This document shows positions 8,565 through 18,833 of a DNA stretch of 64,000 nt, piece by piece (positions within the stretch are counted from its first letter, which is position 1; every line of letters begins with the position of its first letter). Below the pieces are notes generated by a model. That model saw nothing but the letters and a program-made list of their open reading frames with translations, did no database searches and was not told where the DNA came from. The DNA comes from a virus. The position numbers were made by a program, and so were the translations under genes. Location of the stretch: IMG/VR virus record IMGVR_UViG_3300023202_000068, positions 32,001 through 96,000 of that record; one strand, 5' to 3'.

Positions 8565-9482
8565 ATGAGCAAAAAAGACGATAAATCATACACTGCCCAC
8601 GATGCGGCTCTTGCTGTATTGAAGAAAGCTCAAGAGATGCTCAAGAAAAGCACTCTAGCAAAAGCTAATACTGCTCACGAAGTTGAGGCTGGTGGAGAAC
8701 CAAAATCTGAAGGCTCTGAAGCCCCTGAATACTTGGCAAACGCTGATATTGAAAGCACCTCAGGTACTGACAGAAATGAAGCCCCTGACCAAATCAAACA
8801 GGCTCATGTTGACACTGATGACGCTGAAAAAGAAAAGAAGCGTAAAAAATACGATGGCGCTATGAAAGCCAGCGACGATGATGAAGAAAAAGAAGAAGAG
8901 ATCGAAGAAGATCAAGAAGATTATGGTTCTGAAGAAGAAGACAAAGACGATGATCAAGAAGATTATCACCAAAAAGGTAAAGACGTACCTACAGACAAGG
9001 GTACTAAGCACTTTGGTAAATCTGAAGATGTAGAGGCAGCCGCTAAAGCAGTAATGGGTGATAAAGATCTAGACGATGTTTTGGATAAAATGCCTAAAGA
9101 CAAGCGAGACGATGTTTTGCGCAAACTTCGTGAAATGAAGAAAATGGGCAAATCAAAAGGTAGCATGATGGCTGCATGTAAGTCAGAACTAGCTAAGTGC
9201 GGAGAAATGGAACGCGGCAAGAAAATGAAAAAATCTGAATCTAACCATAAAGACGGTATTAGTAAAGTCTACGGTTTTCTTGCTAAAAGTTATGCTAAAA
9301 AAGCTGACGAAAAAAGAATGGCAACACCTGAGGAAATGCAATCTTTAGAAGAGGCCAAAAAAGAAAAGAAAAAGAAATTAAAAAAGATGGCTGGGGAAAC
9401 TGCAAAAGCACCAAAAGACATGATGAAGCCACAAAGTAACAGTTCTATGCCCCCTGTTCCAAGCGGAAAGCAAGGATACTAG
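8565..9482 (+). CDS. highly charged putative internal head/scaffold-like protein
   Basis: Low complexity K/E/D; many [LMF]xK[SA] motifs. Confidence 0.5.
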   Translation: MSKKDDKSYTAHDAALAVLKKAQEMLKKSTLAKANTAHEVEAGGEPKSEGSEAPEYLANADIESTSGTDRNEAPDQIKQAHVDTDDAEKEKKRKKYDGAMKASDDDEEKEEEIEEDQEDYGSEEEDKDDDQEDYHQKGKDVPTDKGTKHFGKSEDVEAAAKAVMGDKDLDDVLDKMPKDKRDDVLRKLREMKKMGKSKGSMMAACKSELAKCGEMERGKKMKKSESNHKDGISKVYGFLAKSYAKKADEKRMATPEEMQSLEEAKKEKKKKLKKMAGETAKAPKDMMKPQSNSSMPPVPSGKQGY

Positions 9483-9719
9483 ATGCCTAGAAAAAAGAAA
9501 GTTGTAAAGAAAGAGGTAGTAATGGAAAAATCAAAGCGAGTTTTGAGAGATGATGAAGTTCGCAAGGAATTTCGTAATTACTTCGTAAAATTAAAAAGAA
9601 AATTACAGTTGGATGCTGGTCTAGAAGATATTATTTGGCTTCACCTACAATCGACTGGTAACGACAAGCCTGAGTTGTTTAACAAAGGCGTTGAAAATTT
9701 TGGCTATAAGGTACAATAA
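9483..9719 (+). CDS. hypothetical protein preceding the sheath
   Basis: 78-aa ORF abutting its neighbours. Confidence 0.55.
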   Translation: MPRKKKVVKKEVVMEKSKRVLRDDEVRKEFRNYFVKLKRKLQLDAGLEDIIWLHLQSTGNDKPELFNKGVENFGYKVQ

Positions 9720-9732
9720 GGAGATATGAAAG

Positions 9733-11877
9733 ATGGCACAAAGAATTAGTACATCGTTTATCAATACTAACAGGCCAGGTGCTTACTTCGATGTTCAAGT
9801 AAAGTCTACTCCTGTAGGTGTTGCAAGCTCAGGTAATATCATAATTATCGGTGAAGCTGCTGGTGGAGCTGCTGTTGCAGGAATCGATTCAGCAGAAGGT
9901 GATTTGCTAAAAGACAACTTTTTCACACCTGATCAGGTTGATAGAGTTGTTGCAAAATATATTAGTGGTCCAATTGTTGATGCTTTTAGAGCACTTTCAT
10001 CTCCTAGCTCTGATGCAAACATTTCTGGTTCTGCAAATAGAATTTACATTGCTAAAACGAACACTGGAACACGAGCCTCTGCGACTATCGCAAGTGCTTA
10101 CGGAACAATTCGAGATAAGAACTACGGAATTGATGGTAATAAATACTCTTTTAGTATTTCTCAGTCAATTGACGAAGAAGCCCCACAGATTACTGGTTCA
10201 GTAATCGCATCTTTTGGAGCGGCACTTGACGGTGACTTCAGAATGAGAATTGACGGTGGTGCTGAAATTACTGTAACAATTGCATCAAGTCCTGCAGATA
10301 TGACAGATCTTCTAACAGAACTTAACGGTGGTGCTTTGCCAGCCGGAGTGACTGCTACAGAGGGCACTGCTGCTGACAGCTTGACGCTAACATACGACGC
10401 AGATGCTGCGGCTAACAGTAAAGGAAGTGGTAAGTCTATCGAGCTTATTGAGGATTCTATTTTAGCTGCCCTTGGACACTCAGAAGGACTTGTAGTTTCT
10501 TCTGCTGAGCCTGAGGTTCAAGTTGATATCGTAAGACAAGACACTGGAATTAACGAGTCTTTCTTGGCTGAAGCTCAAGTTGCATTGAGAATTGGCTACG
10601 AAGGAACAACTGGAACTATAGATATTACAGACTCTAGCTTGACTACTACTGTAACTGGTGGTTCTGGAACTAACTTGAACATTAACTTGTCAGAGTATCC
10701 TTTGATGTCAGACTTGGCTGAGTTTATCAACTCACAAACTGGTTACACTTGTGTAGCTACCCCTGGGGCATCTCAAACTTCTCCTGTATCTCTTGACGAC
10801 GTTACAGGTGTTGGAATTGCTTCAAGTGATGCTGGAATCCTACCTGGTCGAATTAAAATTTCAACTCTTAGGTTTGAACAAGCAATAGGTCAATCTGCAG
10901 TATTAGATTTTATCTTAACTGCCGATGAAGGTCTACCAGAAGTTGCATCTAGTCAGTTTTTGACTGGTGGACAGCGCGGTGGAACTCTAGCTGCTGATTT
11001 TGTTACAGCTTACACAGACCTAGAGGGTATTGATGTAAACTTTGTAATTCCTTTGATCTCAAGAGATGCTTCTGCAGATATTCTTGACGGTCTAACGGAC
11101 TCTAGCTCTACTTATACAATTGCTGCTGTAAACGCTCTTACAAAAAGCCATGTACTTAAAATGTCTACGGCTAAACTTAAGAAGCACAGAACGGCATTTT
11201 GTAGTTTTGACGGTTCATACTCAGATGCAGTTGCTCAGGCTGGTTCACTAGCTAACCAACGTGTGTCGCTTTGTATGCAAAGAACTAGTCAGGTTAACGC
11301 TGTAGGGGCTGTTGTTAACTTTCAACCTTGGCACACCGCATGTATTGCTGCTGGTATGCAGGCTGCTGGTTTTTACAGATCTATCACAAACAAATTTGCA
11401 AACGTAATTAGCTTTAGCGACCCATCAGGTTTTGACTCTGGTAGCCCTGGAGATATTGAATCTGCTCTTGATGCTGGACTTCTTTTTCTTGAAAAAGCAG
11501 TTGTTGGTAACAAGTGGGTTTCCGATCAAACAACTTATGGAATTGACACAAACTTCGTTTACAACTCAGTTCAAGCTATGTATGCTTCTGATCTAGTTTC
11601 ACTTGATCTTGCAGACAGCTTTCAAACTGCCTTTGTTGGTCAGTCTTTGGCTGATGTAGATGCTTCTACTGCCTTGTCTTTCTTGGCTTCTAAAATGGAT
11701 GCATTTAAAAAACAAAAGCTTATAGCTGCTTCTGACGATGCCCCTCTTGGGTTCAAGAATGCTCGTGTAAGAATCAATGGTCCAATTATGGAAGTTGGTG
11801 TAGAAATTAAGCTTGCTACGGCAATCTTATTCATTCCAATTAACATTGAAATCAGTCAAGTACAAAGCGAAGCTTAG
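9733..11877 (+). CDS. contractile tail sheath protein
   Basis: 714 aa; N-terminal RPGAY and IIIGEAAGG; C-terminal sheath domain ending VEIKLATAILFIPINIEI; followed by the tube gene. Confidence 0.9.
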   Translation: MAQRISTSFINTNRPGAYFDVQVKSTPVGVASSGNIIIIGEAAGGAAVAGIDSAEGDLLKDNFFTPDQVDRVVAKYISGPIVDAFRALSSPSSDANISGSANRIYIAKTNTGTRASATIASAYGTIRDKNYGIDGNKYSFSISQSIDEEAPQITGSVIASFGAALDGDFRMRIDGGAEITVTIASSPADMTDLLTELNGGALPAGVTATEGTAADSLTLTYDADAAANSKGSGKSIELIEDSILAALGHSEGLVVSSAEPEVQVDIVRQDTGINESFLAEAQVALRIGYEGTTGTIDITDSSLTTTVTGGSGTNLNINLSEYPLMSDLAEFINSQTGYTCVATPGASQTSPVSLDDVTGVGIASSDAGILPGRIKISTLRFEQAIGQSAVLDFILTADEGLPEVASSQFLTGGQRGGTLAADFVTAYTDLEGIDVNFVIPLISRDASADILDGLTDSSSTYTIAAVNALTKSHVLKMSTAKLKKHRTAFCSFDGSYSDAVAQAGSLANQRVSLCMQRTSQVNAVGAVVNFQPWHTACIAAGMQAAGFYRSITNKFANVISFSDPSGFDSGSPGDIESALDAGLLFLEKAVVGNKWVSDQTTYGIDTNFVYNSVQAMYASDLVSLDLADSFQTAFVGQSLADVDASTALSFLASKMDAFKKQKLIAASDDAPLGFKNARVRINGPIMEVGVEIKLATAILFIPINIEISQVQSEA

Positions 11878-11902
11878 TAATTAGGATTTAAGGAGAAATA
11901 AA

Positions 11903-12370
11903 ATGGCAGGAACACCACAAACAGTAATGACAGGCGCACGAGCCAAAGTCTATGTTGACGATGTCTTAGTTGGTATCTTCGATAGTGTTAACTACGCGGT
12001 TAACATTGGTGCTGAGCCAATGTTTATCTTAGGTCGCTACAGTGCTTCTGAAATCACACATACTTCATACGAAGCGGTAACTGTAAACTGTTCAGGATTT
12101 AGACTTATTGGTAATGGTGGTCATGTACTACCAAAAGTACCTAAGGTTGAAGACTTGCTGCAGCTTGAATATGTTACACTAGCTGTAATTGACAGGCAAC
12201 AGACTGATAGTAATCCTATCTTAACAGTAACTAACTGTATACCTATTAGTTATTCAACTGGATACCAGGCAAAAGCTACTTCTAGAATTCAGGTTACATA
12301 CCTTGGAACCATTGCTTCTGACGAAGACGGGGCACAAGACGAATCACCTGGAGCAGTTAGCCTACCATAA
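11903..12370 (+). CDS. tail tube protein
   Basis: 155 aa directly after the sheath; TGARAKVYVD...ILGRYSASEI. Confidence 0.85.
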   Translation: MAGTPQTVMTGARAKVYVDDVLVGIFDSVNYAVNIGAEPMFILGRYSASEITHTSYEAVTVNCSGFRLIGNGGHVLPKVPKVEDLLQLEYVTLAVIDRQQTDSNPILTVTNCIPISYSTGYQAKATSRIQVTYLGTIASDEDGAQDESPGAVSLP

Positions 12371-12391
12371 TTTTAGAGAGGATCTCGTAAG

Positions 12392-12832
12392 ATGGATACT
12401 AAAACTATCTATGATCTTCTCAAAGAAGTTCGTGACGATCAGAAAGAGCATAATAAAGAGGCACAGGAAACCAGGGAGGCCCTGGTAAAACAAGGTGTCT
12501 CTATTGAAAACATCAAGTCTGATATTTCAGAGATGAAAGTTGTTGCGTCAAGAAACACTGATAATATTGAAGAACACATGCAGAGAACTTACCAAGTTGA
12601 AGTTGGTCAGGAAAAGATGTTTACAGAGCTAGAAAGGCTGCATGTAGATAACTTAAAACGCATTGAAGAGCTACAACTAGCTTATGTAAATGTAAAAGAA
12701 AGAGTGAATAAGCTTGAAGAGCCTCAAAAGGCCAAAGCTTGGTTAAAAAAAAACTATCTAGCGATAGCTAGTATATTAACTGCCACAGGAAGTCTTGTAG
12801 CATTAGCTAGCAAGGTCTTAGGTTGGTGGTAA
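12392..12832 (+). CDS. coiled-coil protein with C-terminal transmembrane helix
   Basis: Heptad-rich body plus YLAIASILTATGSLVALA. Confidence 0.55.
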   Translation: MDTKTIYDLLKEVRDDQKEHNKEAQETREALVKQGVSIENIKSDISEMKVVASRNTDNIEEHMQRTYQVEVGQEKMFTELERLHVDNLKRIEELQLAYVNVKERVNKLEEPQKAKAWLKKNYLAIASILTATGSLVALASKVLGWW

Positions 12833-12833
12833 C

Positions 12834-12857
12834 AAAGAGCCCATAGGGGCTTTTTTT
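12834..12857 (+). terminator. intrinsic terminator
   Basis: AAAGAGCCC-ATAG-GGGCTTTTTTT. Confidence 0.75.
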
Positions 12858-12899
12858 GTTTGGAGCGCAAAGGGTTGCGCTGTTTAGGAATGGGTAAAG

Positions 12900-13757
12900 A
12901 TGGCTGTAGAGTTAAAATGGCTTCGGCAAGGCCCAGTTGCATTTTCTGCAGATGGCGGCGCTGACGGTCTAGTAACAGTTGAGGATGTTCTATGCTTTAA
13001 AGTAAAGCAAGACATTGTCATATCTTCAGATACCCAGCCTAATCTCCAATTAGAAGTAAAGAGAGTCCTATCTCTTACCCAGCTCATAGTTGGTCCACGC
13101 TTCGACAGTAAAAACAGAAGAATAAATCAGTTAAATAAAAGAACAGATATTAGCGCCTACACAGTCGCTGACAATGCCTCCATACGTGCCAGCGAGCAGG
13201 ATAAGAAGTTTATCCCAACAGAAGACATGTGGAAGGCTGTGTACGAATTTGAGCCCACACTGGCCCTCAGAAACCTACTAGTAGACAAGGTTGGAAGTCC
13301 TCATTCTAATAAGAATCCATTGTGGACGGGCTTAACTGATGGTAACAACAACGCGGCTATCAATAATGATGGTAGTATTAATGTAAATATTGTAGAGGGT
13401 GGTGCAGCAGGCAGTAATATAGTATTTACAGATACTAGTGGTGAATTTACAGATACAACGGAAACACAGGTGGCGACGTATGTTTCTGATCAAAATAATA
13501 CAAGAATTACAAAATTTTTAGGGGAGGCACCTACCTTTGGTTGGTGGAGAATATATAAGAACGCAGTAAGTACTGTAAATCTTACAGTTTCTTTTAGAAC
13601 ATCTCCTTTTCAAAGAAATGGTGAATACGATCTGGAGATACCGGAAACACTGAGTGGCACCGACACATTGATCGTAACATTTCAAGCAGACAGGTATCGT
13701 AGCAATCTTTTAGGTAGTACGGCGTCTACTTTTGTAAGACTTGAGGGTGTAAAATAA
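12900..13757 (+). CDS. putative virion structural protein
   Basis: Beta-rich; INNDGSINVN motif; fibre region. Confidence 0.5.
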   Translation: MAVELKWLRQGPVAFSADGGADGLVTVEDVLCFKVKQDIVISSDTQPNLQLEVKRVLSLTQLIVGPRFDSKNRRINQLNKRTDISAYTVADNASIRASEQDKKFIPTEDMWKAVYEFEPTLALRNLLVDKVGSPHSNKNPLWTGLTDGNNNAAINNDGSINVNIVEGGAAGSNIVFTDTSGEFTDTTETQVATYVSDQNNTRITKFLGEAPTFGWWRIYKNAVSTVNLTVSFRTSPFQRNGEYDLEIPETLSGTDTLIVTFQADRYRSNLLGSTASTFVRLEGVK

Positions 13758-13769
13758 GATAAGAATGTT

Positions 13770-13777
13770 AATCTTTA
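13770..13777 (+). promoter_or_regulatory. putative late promoter motif AATCTTTA
   Basis: Intergenic copy before ORF 13793. Confidence 0.6.
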
Positions 13778-13792
13778 GTGTAAGAGGTACAT

Positions 13793-14131
13793 ATGGCTTT
13801 ACTAAATATAGACAGAAATTCACTCACTTTACAGGTTAAAGTAGGGGTTTTAGAGACATATAAACCGGATGAAGATATTGAGCACATTCACAAGGAAGTG
13901 GAAAAACTTAGAGATAAGTTTCAAAAAAACATGAAGCGCATTATTGGTAAAGGAAATCCTGCAGAGCTTCAGCAAGTTTTAAACACAGACGAGAAAAAGC
14001 TTAATAGGTGGACGACATACATAGAGAATACTTTTAGTAAACAGCTAAAAGAAATTCAACTAAGAATTGTTGATAAAAATAAGAAAATCTGTGGAAACTT
14101 TGAAGAAGCAGTTTTAAGCAAAGAAAAGTAG
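13793..14131 (+). CDS. hypothetical protein
   Basis: 112-aa ORF with GAGG RBS. Confidence 0.6.
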   Translation: MALLNIDRNSLTLQVKVGVLETYKPDEDIEHIHKEVEKLRDKFQKNMKRIIGKGNPAELQQVLNTDEKKLNRWTTYIENTFSKQLKEIQLRIVDKNKKICGNFEEAVLSKEK

Positions 14132-14157
14132 CACGAATACCATAAGGGAGGGTACAA

Positions 14158-15300
14158 GTGAACGATTTTGGGTTACTCATATCGCAGTATAATGCAGCAT
14201 TACCTACACTGACTGACGGTCAATATAGTGAACTGCAATTAGACTCACTAGGTCGCTTAGTTATTAGCGGTCGGTATCTTGAAGATGCCGCGCACACCAC
14301 GGGTGATGCTGGTCTCTTTATGTTGGCAGTTCGTAATGATACGGAAGGCTCTCTTGTTGACACTAATGGGGACTATGCTCCGTTACAAGTTGACAATCTA
14401 GGTCGATTACGTGTTATTACAGACATTGATAATGTTAATATTGACTTTAACTCAGAAAAAGCTGAAGACAGTGCTCACCAAGACGGTGATATCGGTTCTT
14501 TTATGCTTGCTGTTCGTCGTGACACACGACCAACAGATGCAGCAGTTTCAGCCGATGGTGATTACGCAGCATTCAGTGTAAACGCAAGTGGTGAACTTTA
14601 TGTAAAAGACACTGATGCACTTACTGAGTTGCAAGGTATTGGTACTACATTAGATAGTATAGATACAGCAATTGGAAATGTTGAAACAGATATTGGAAAT
14701 ATCGATAGTAATATCGGAACTATCAATGCTAACATTTCTGCATTAACCAAAGACGAAGATGCCCCTCACTCAAGCGGTGATTCTGGTATTATGGCTTTGG
14801 CTATTAGAAACGATAGTGATGTAGACCTTACAAATGCTGACCTAGATTATTCAGGTATTGCAGTTGACAGTGTAGGTCGTGTAAAAGTTGTTGGTAGCCT
14901 TACTTTTGAAGCTTTGGGTACAGAAACTTTTACAGTTACTGATGCACTTGCTGCTGGTGGTGACGGTCTTGAAACTATTACAGCCGCTGCTACACCTTGG
15001 ATTACAGTTGCTTCTGTTTCTGTTGCCAACGGCGAACTTGCATATGTATACGGATGGCAATGGGCTTGTGATCAAAACGCTCAAGCAAGGCTTGTTACCA
15101 ATGACGGTGTAAACACAGTTTACTACAAAACCGACATTAATAGTTCTGCACAACCTGGTAAGGACGAGCATTGGGGTGAAGGTGGGAGAATTGAAATCCC
15201 AGGTGCCGCAAGCTTAGAGCTTCGACTTCAAATTAAGAAGAGAAGTGTGCCTGGCGGTAATGCACAGGGAACTGGCTCAATTCACTTAAGAGTTGCATAA
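14158..15300 (+). CDS. virion fibre-like protein with three internal repeats
   Basis: Three copies of EDxxHxxGDxG..MLA[VI]RxD...DY...V[DN]..G with a short coiled coil between copies 2 and 3. Confidence 0.6.
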   Translation: MNDFGLLISQYNAALPTLTDGQYSELQLDSLGRLVISGRYLEDAAHTTGDAGLFMLAVRNDTEGSLVDTNGDYAPLQVDNLGRLRVITDIDNVNIDFNSEKAEDSAHQDGDIGSFMLAVRRDTRPTDAAVSADGDYAAFSVNASGELYVKDTDALTELQGIGTTLDSIDTAIGNVETDIGNIDSNIGTINANISALTKDEDAPHSSGDSGIMALAIRNDSDVDLTNADLDYSGIAVDSVGRVKVVGSLTFEALGTETFTVTDALAAGGDGLETITAAATPWITVASVSVANGELAYVYGWQWACDQNAQARLVTNDGVNTVYYKTDINSSAQPGKDEHWGEGGRIEIPGAASLELRLQIKKRSVPGGNAQGTGSIHLRVA

Positions 15301-15302
15301 TC

Positions 15303-15336
15303 TAGTAGGAGAGTTAAGCTCTCCTACTGATTTTTT
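15303..15336 (+). terminator. intrinsic terminator
   Basis: TAGTAGGAGAG-TTAAG-CTCTCCTACTG-A-TTTTTT. Confidence 0.75.
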
Positions 15337-15354
15337 ATATTAGTAGGAGAAGAC

Positions 15355-15738
15355 ATGGGTCTATTAGAAGAACGCGCTGAACTAATCAAAGACGGTAAGT
15401 TTAAGCTTTCATTTTTTAAAAAGTTTTATGAACAAATGCAGTGGACAAGGGTACCAAGACAACTTGGCCCTAAGCACCCTGCATTTTTTTATTATGGTAA
15501 ATACGAAGACAAGTTTAAAATTGTAAATATTCGTATTCGACCCACTATGTTTATGGTTGTTGAGGAAACAGTAAAAGGCTGTGACAAAAACGGCAATAAG
15601 CCTCCGACAAACTACAGAGGTCAAACATTTGAGTTTGGAACTACTGTTGAAGTAAAAATTGATGAAGCATTTCTTAAAAAAATAAAAGACCTGGCTCAAG
15701 CAGAAACAACAACTTCCATTCAAAAGGTTAGCTGGTAA
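15355..15738 (+). CDS. hypothetical protein
   Basis: 127-aa ORF with AGGAG RBS. Confidence 0.6.
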   Translation: MGLLEERAELIKDGKFKLSFFKKFYEQMQWTRVPRQLGPKHPAFFYYGKYEDKFKIVNIRIRPTMFMVVEETVKGCDKNGNKPPTNYRGQTFEFGTTVEVKIDEAFLKKIKDLAQAETTTSIQKVSW

Positions 15739-16073
15739 TGGCTGATTTTCAAGACTTTGACTTAGAACTACAAAACCTAAAAGGTAGTGAGCCTGAAAAA
15801 TTTAAAGCTCAAATACCTACTGCTGGTGCTGCTGTAACACTTACACCAGCAACAGGTCGTCCTGTAACACTTGCGTTTATAGACGTACCAAGTCGTCGTG
15901 ACCCAGACAATCCAAACGGCATAAACGATGCTGTAAAATATAGCATTGATGGTGGAAACACGTTTCTAACCCTTCTTGCCGGTGAATCTATATACATACC
16001 AGGTACCTTTACTGACTTACAACTTGATACTAATGCGAACGGCACCTGGTATCAAGCAATTCTTTGGAGTTAA
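15738..16073 (+). CDS. putative virion structural protein
   Basis: Small beta-rich ORF; YSIDGGNTF (Asp-box-like); TAATG overlap with the upstream gene. Confidence 0.5.
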   Translation: MADFQDFDLELQNLKGSEPEKFKAQIPTAGAAVTLTPATGRPVTLAFIDVPSRRDPDNPNGINDAVKYSIDGGNTFLTLLAGESIYIPGTFTDLQLDTNANGTWYQAILWS

Positions 16074-16074
16074 C

Positions 16075-17982
16075 ATGCCTGGGTTTTGGAATGCAGTAAA
16101 ACAAAAAATACAAACGGCACTAGAAACACCCTTTGACAATACTGGGTCTAGTCTTGTTAGTGAAGATGCAGAGAGTGCTATTAAAGAGGTTAGTACAAAT
16201 ACTGCAACTTCTGCATCTCCAGGTTTTACCTGGGGTGACGTAGGTTCTGCTACTGCCGGTACGTTTCTTGAAAACGACAGTGTTCAATCTAGTAACTCTG
16301 GACGACTAGTTCCCTTTGACGGCTTTATTACTGATTTTTTTATAAATAATGAAAGGTCTCAGGGTACAAAAATAATGGAGATCTTAAGAAGAAGACCTGC
16401 CCAAACAGGTACTTACACTCCAATTTTTCAAACAACCTTGGGTCCAGGGACACGAGTTGTAAGAGTACCTGTAAATGTAGCAGTGCTAGAAGAAGACGAG
16501 CTTGCAATTAGAGTTCAACCTGGTTCCGATAGATTTCAAAACCCAGTAGTTGGTTTAATTCTTAAAAACAACTCTGGTTCTGGTGCTGTTGGTGGGGTTT
16601 TTTTACAGACTGAAGATGAAGGTAGTCAAATTGAGGCTACCACTACAAAGTATAACTTTACAGGTGCTGGTGTAAGTGCAGTTTCAGATGGTAATGGAAA
16701 TGTAACCGTTGATGTACCTGGTGGTGGAGCAGGCTCAGGAGAGGCCAATACAGCCTCTAATCGCGGAACAGGCGAAGCCTTATTTGCTGCAAAAAGCGGT
16801 GTTGATTTAGAATTTAAGTCTTTAGTAGCAGGGTCAAATGTATCCCTTTCTTCCAATGGAGATACTGTTACAATTAATTCAAGTGGAGGCGGAGGTGGTG
16901 GTTCCTTTGCTGCTGCAAGAGTTGAGGCAAACGCTAACCTCTTAGAGTCTACTAACATTGCGAGTGTTACAAACCCATCTACAGGAAATTACACAGTAAC
17001 ATTTACGAGTCCTGCTGCAAATGCTAACTATCCAATAACAATGGGTATAGAACAAAACGCAGGCACTGATGATTACTTTGTAAGTTATACAAATGTAACG
17101 GTAAACGGATTTGATGTACAAGTTAGAGAGCAAGACGATGGTGGAGGCGGTGGTACTGCTGTAAATTCCGGCTTTAGTATAGATATTCCAGATCTATCAC
17201 CAGGTGGTGGCGGTGGGGGTGAGACCAATACAGCCTCTAATGCTGGCTCTGCATCTGATGCTGATATTTTCAAACAAAAGACTGGCGTAGATTTAGAGTT
17301 TAGAAGACTTACGTCTGGTGCCAATATAAGTATTACACAAAACGCTGATGACATAGTAATAGCCGCATCAGGGAGTGCTGGGGAGGTAAATACAGGAGTA
17401 AATGTTGGTGGTGGGTCCGAGGTATTTAGAGACAAGACTGGAACTGCACTTAACTTTCGAACAATAGTTGGAACTGGTGATATTAATGTAACTACAAGTG
17501 GAAATACCATTGAAGTTGGAGGTACTTTTCCAGTAGTTGACGCAAATACAAACAGGGTCGCAGAAGCTGGAGACGTAGCAGGGGGACAGTCGGTTTCTAC
17601 TACAGGTTTTGCAAACTTGAGCTTTGATACTTTTGCAAGCTCTGCTGTAGCTACAGCATCTGCAACAGGAGTGGCAATTAATGTTACTGGGTTTTATGAA
17701 ATTTCCTATGACTACTCTGCAAGCGGTGATTCTAATTCTAGATCAGAATCACAAGCACGGTTGTTTTTAAATGGCACTACTGTCATTTCACTGTCATTAA
17801 GGCCAGTTTACCACAGAACAACCGCTCAAGGTGCTGGCTCTGCTACTGCAGTAAGGTATTTACAGCTTTCATCTGGAGACACGATATCTCTACAGGCTCA
17901 AAGATCTGCAGGCGGTGCTCCGATCACTACAGAGCCAAATGGAACTATTTTAAGGGTAAAGTATTTAAGGAGTAGTGTGTAA
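16075..17982 (+). CDS. tail fibre/receptor-binding protein
   Basis: G/S/T-rich; three GExNTxxN...K[ST]G..L.F[KR] shaft repeats; C-terminal C1q-like beta domain. Start moved to ATG 16075 after GGAG. Confidence 0.7.
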   Translation: MPGFWNAVKQKIQTALETPFDNTGSSLVSEDAESAIKEVSTNTATSASPGFTWGDVGSATAGTFLENDSVQSSNSGRLVPFDGFITDFFINNERSQGTKIMEILRRRPAQTGTYTPIFQTTLGPGTRVVRVPVNVAVLEEDELAIRVQPGSDRFQNPVVGLILKNNSGSGAVGGVFLQTEDEGSQIEATTTKYNFTGAGVSAVSDGNGNVTVDVPGGGAGSGEANTASNRGTGEALFAAKSGVDLEFKSLVAGSNVSLSSNGDTVTINSSGGGGGGSFAAARVEANANLLESTNIASVTNPSTGNYTVTFTSPAANANYPITMGIEQNAGTDDYFVSYTNVTVNGFDVQVREQDDGGGGGTAVNSGFSIDIPDLSPGGGGGGETNTASNAGSASDADIFKQKTGVDLEFRRLTSGANISITQNADDIVIAASGSAGEVNTGVNVGGGSEVFRDKTGTALNFRTIVGTGDINVTTSGNTIEVGGTFPVVDANTNRVAEAGDVAGGQSVSTTGFANLSFDTFASSAVATASATGVAINVTGFYEISYDYSASGDSNSRSESQARLFLNGTTVISLSLRPVYHRTTAQGAGSATAVRYLQLSSGDTISLQAQRSAGGAPITTEPNGTILRVKYLRSSV

Positions 17983-18800
17983 TGGCATTAATAATTAAAA
18001 ACACTACTAACACAGGAATATTTGTTCAAAAAACTGGTGATCTTATACCTTCACAAGATGAGCTTAGGATTGAACCTCAAAACTATGGTGATTACTCTAG
18101 TGCGGTTGAATTAGGAACGGATTCAGAAGACACTGACTTCACATCTGCTTTGCAAAGCGGTGATTTAGTTGTAAGCGATGGTGTAGAAGACTTTTCAGAA
18201 CCAGAGGGTATAAGGTATTTAAAAACACTAAGAAAAATAACAGTAAGTTTACAAAATACAATAGTAGAAAAAATTCTTTCTGGAATAGATTTTACTGGTT
18301 TAAATATAGACGTTACCACAAATAGCGGTCAAGTAACGGTAAACATTAACAGTGCGAGTAAAGTTTCTGGGGACCTCTACGTATTAAGTTTTAGTGAAAA
18401 CAGCACTACAAAAAATGAATATATTAATTCTGGTGTTGATGGTACAGGGTCAAACGAAACTCCCCATGTAATTCCTTTTCGCTCTAAGGTAATGGCGTAT
18501 ACATTTAGTAATTCAAATAGTGACTCAGATACTGATATTCAAATTTATAGTGTTGCTGAAAACAATGGAAATTCACCCACTACCCTAGAAGACACTTGGG
18601 TATTAAGAAACGCAAGAACTGCAAGAAAAACAAATTTTTTAAGCGACGTAATTTTTGAAGCAGGGGATAAGGTTACGGTTTACTTTAGAGATAGGGGCTC
18701 TAACCCAAGTGATGTTGTTTTTAAAATATACCTGAAAATTTTAGAAGAAAGTAGTGTAAACAATATTGAAACGTGGAGCGGAGACATCGAGCCAGAGTAA
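17982..18800 (+). CDS. putative fibre-associated structural protein
   Basis: Translationally coupled to the fibre gene; beta-rich. Confidence 0.5.
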   Translation: MALIIKNTTNTGIFVQKTGDLIPSQDELRIEPQNYGDYSSAVELGTDSEDTDFTSALQSGDLVVSDGVEDFSEPEGIRYLKTLRKITVSLQNTIVEKILSGIDFTGLNIDVTTNSGQVTVNINSASKVSGDLYVLSFSENSTTKNEYINSGVDGTGSNETPHVIPFRSKVMAYTFSNSNSDSDTDIQIYSVAENNGNSPTTLEDTWVLRNARTARKTNFLSDVIFEAGDKVTVYFRDRGSNPSDVVFKIYLKILEESSVNNIETWSGDIEPE

Positions 18801-18833
18801 TGATGATGATAATGATGATGACTAGGGGTTTTT

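Noticed and set aside
9380-9440. Second A_AAA_AAG frameshift site in ORF 8565
   Set aside because: No strong 3' structure, and the -1 frame closes within about 20 codons.
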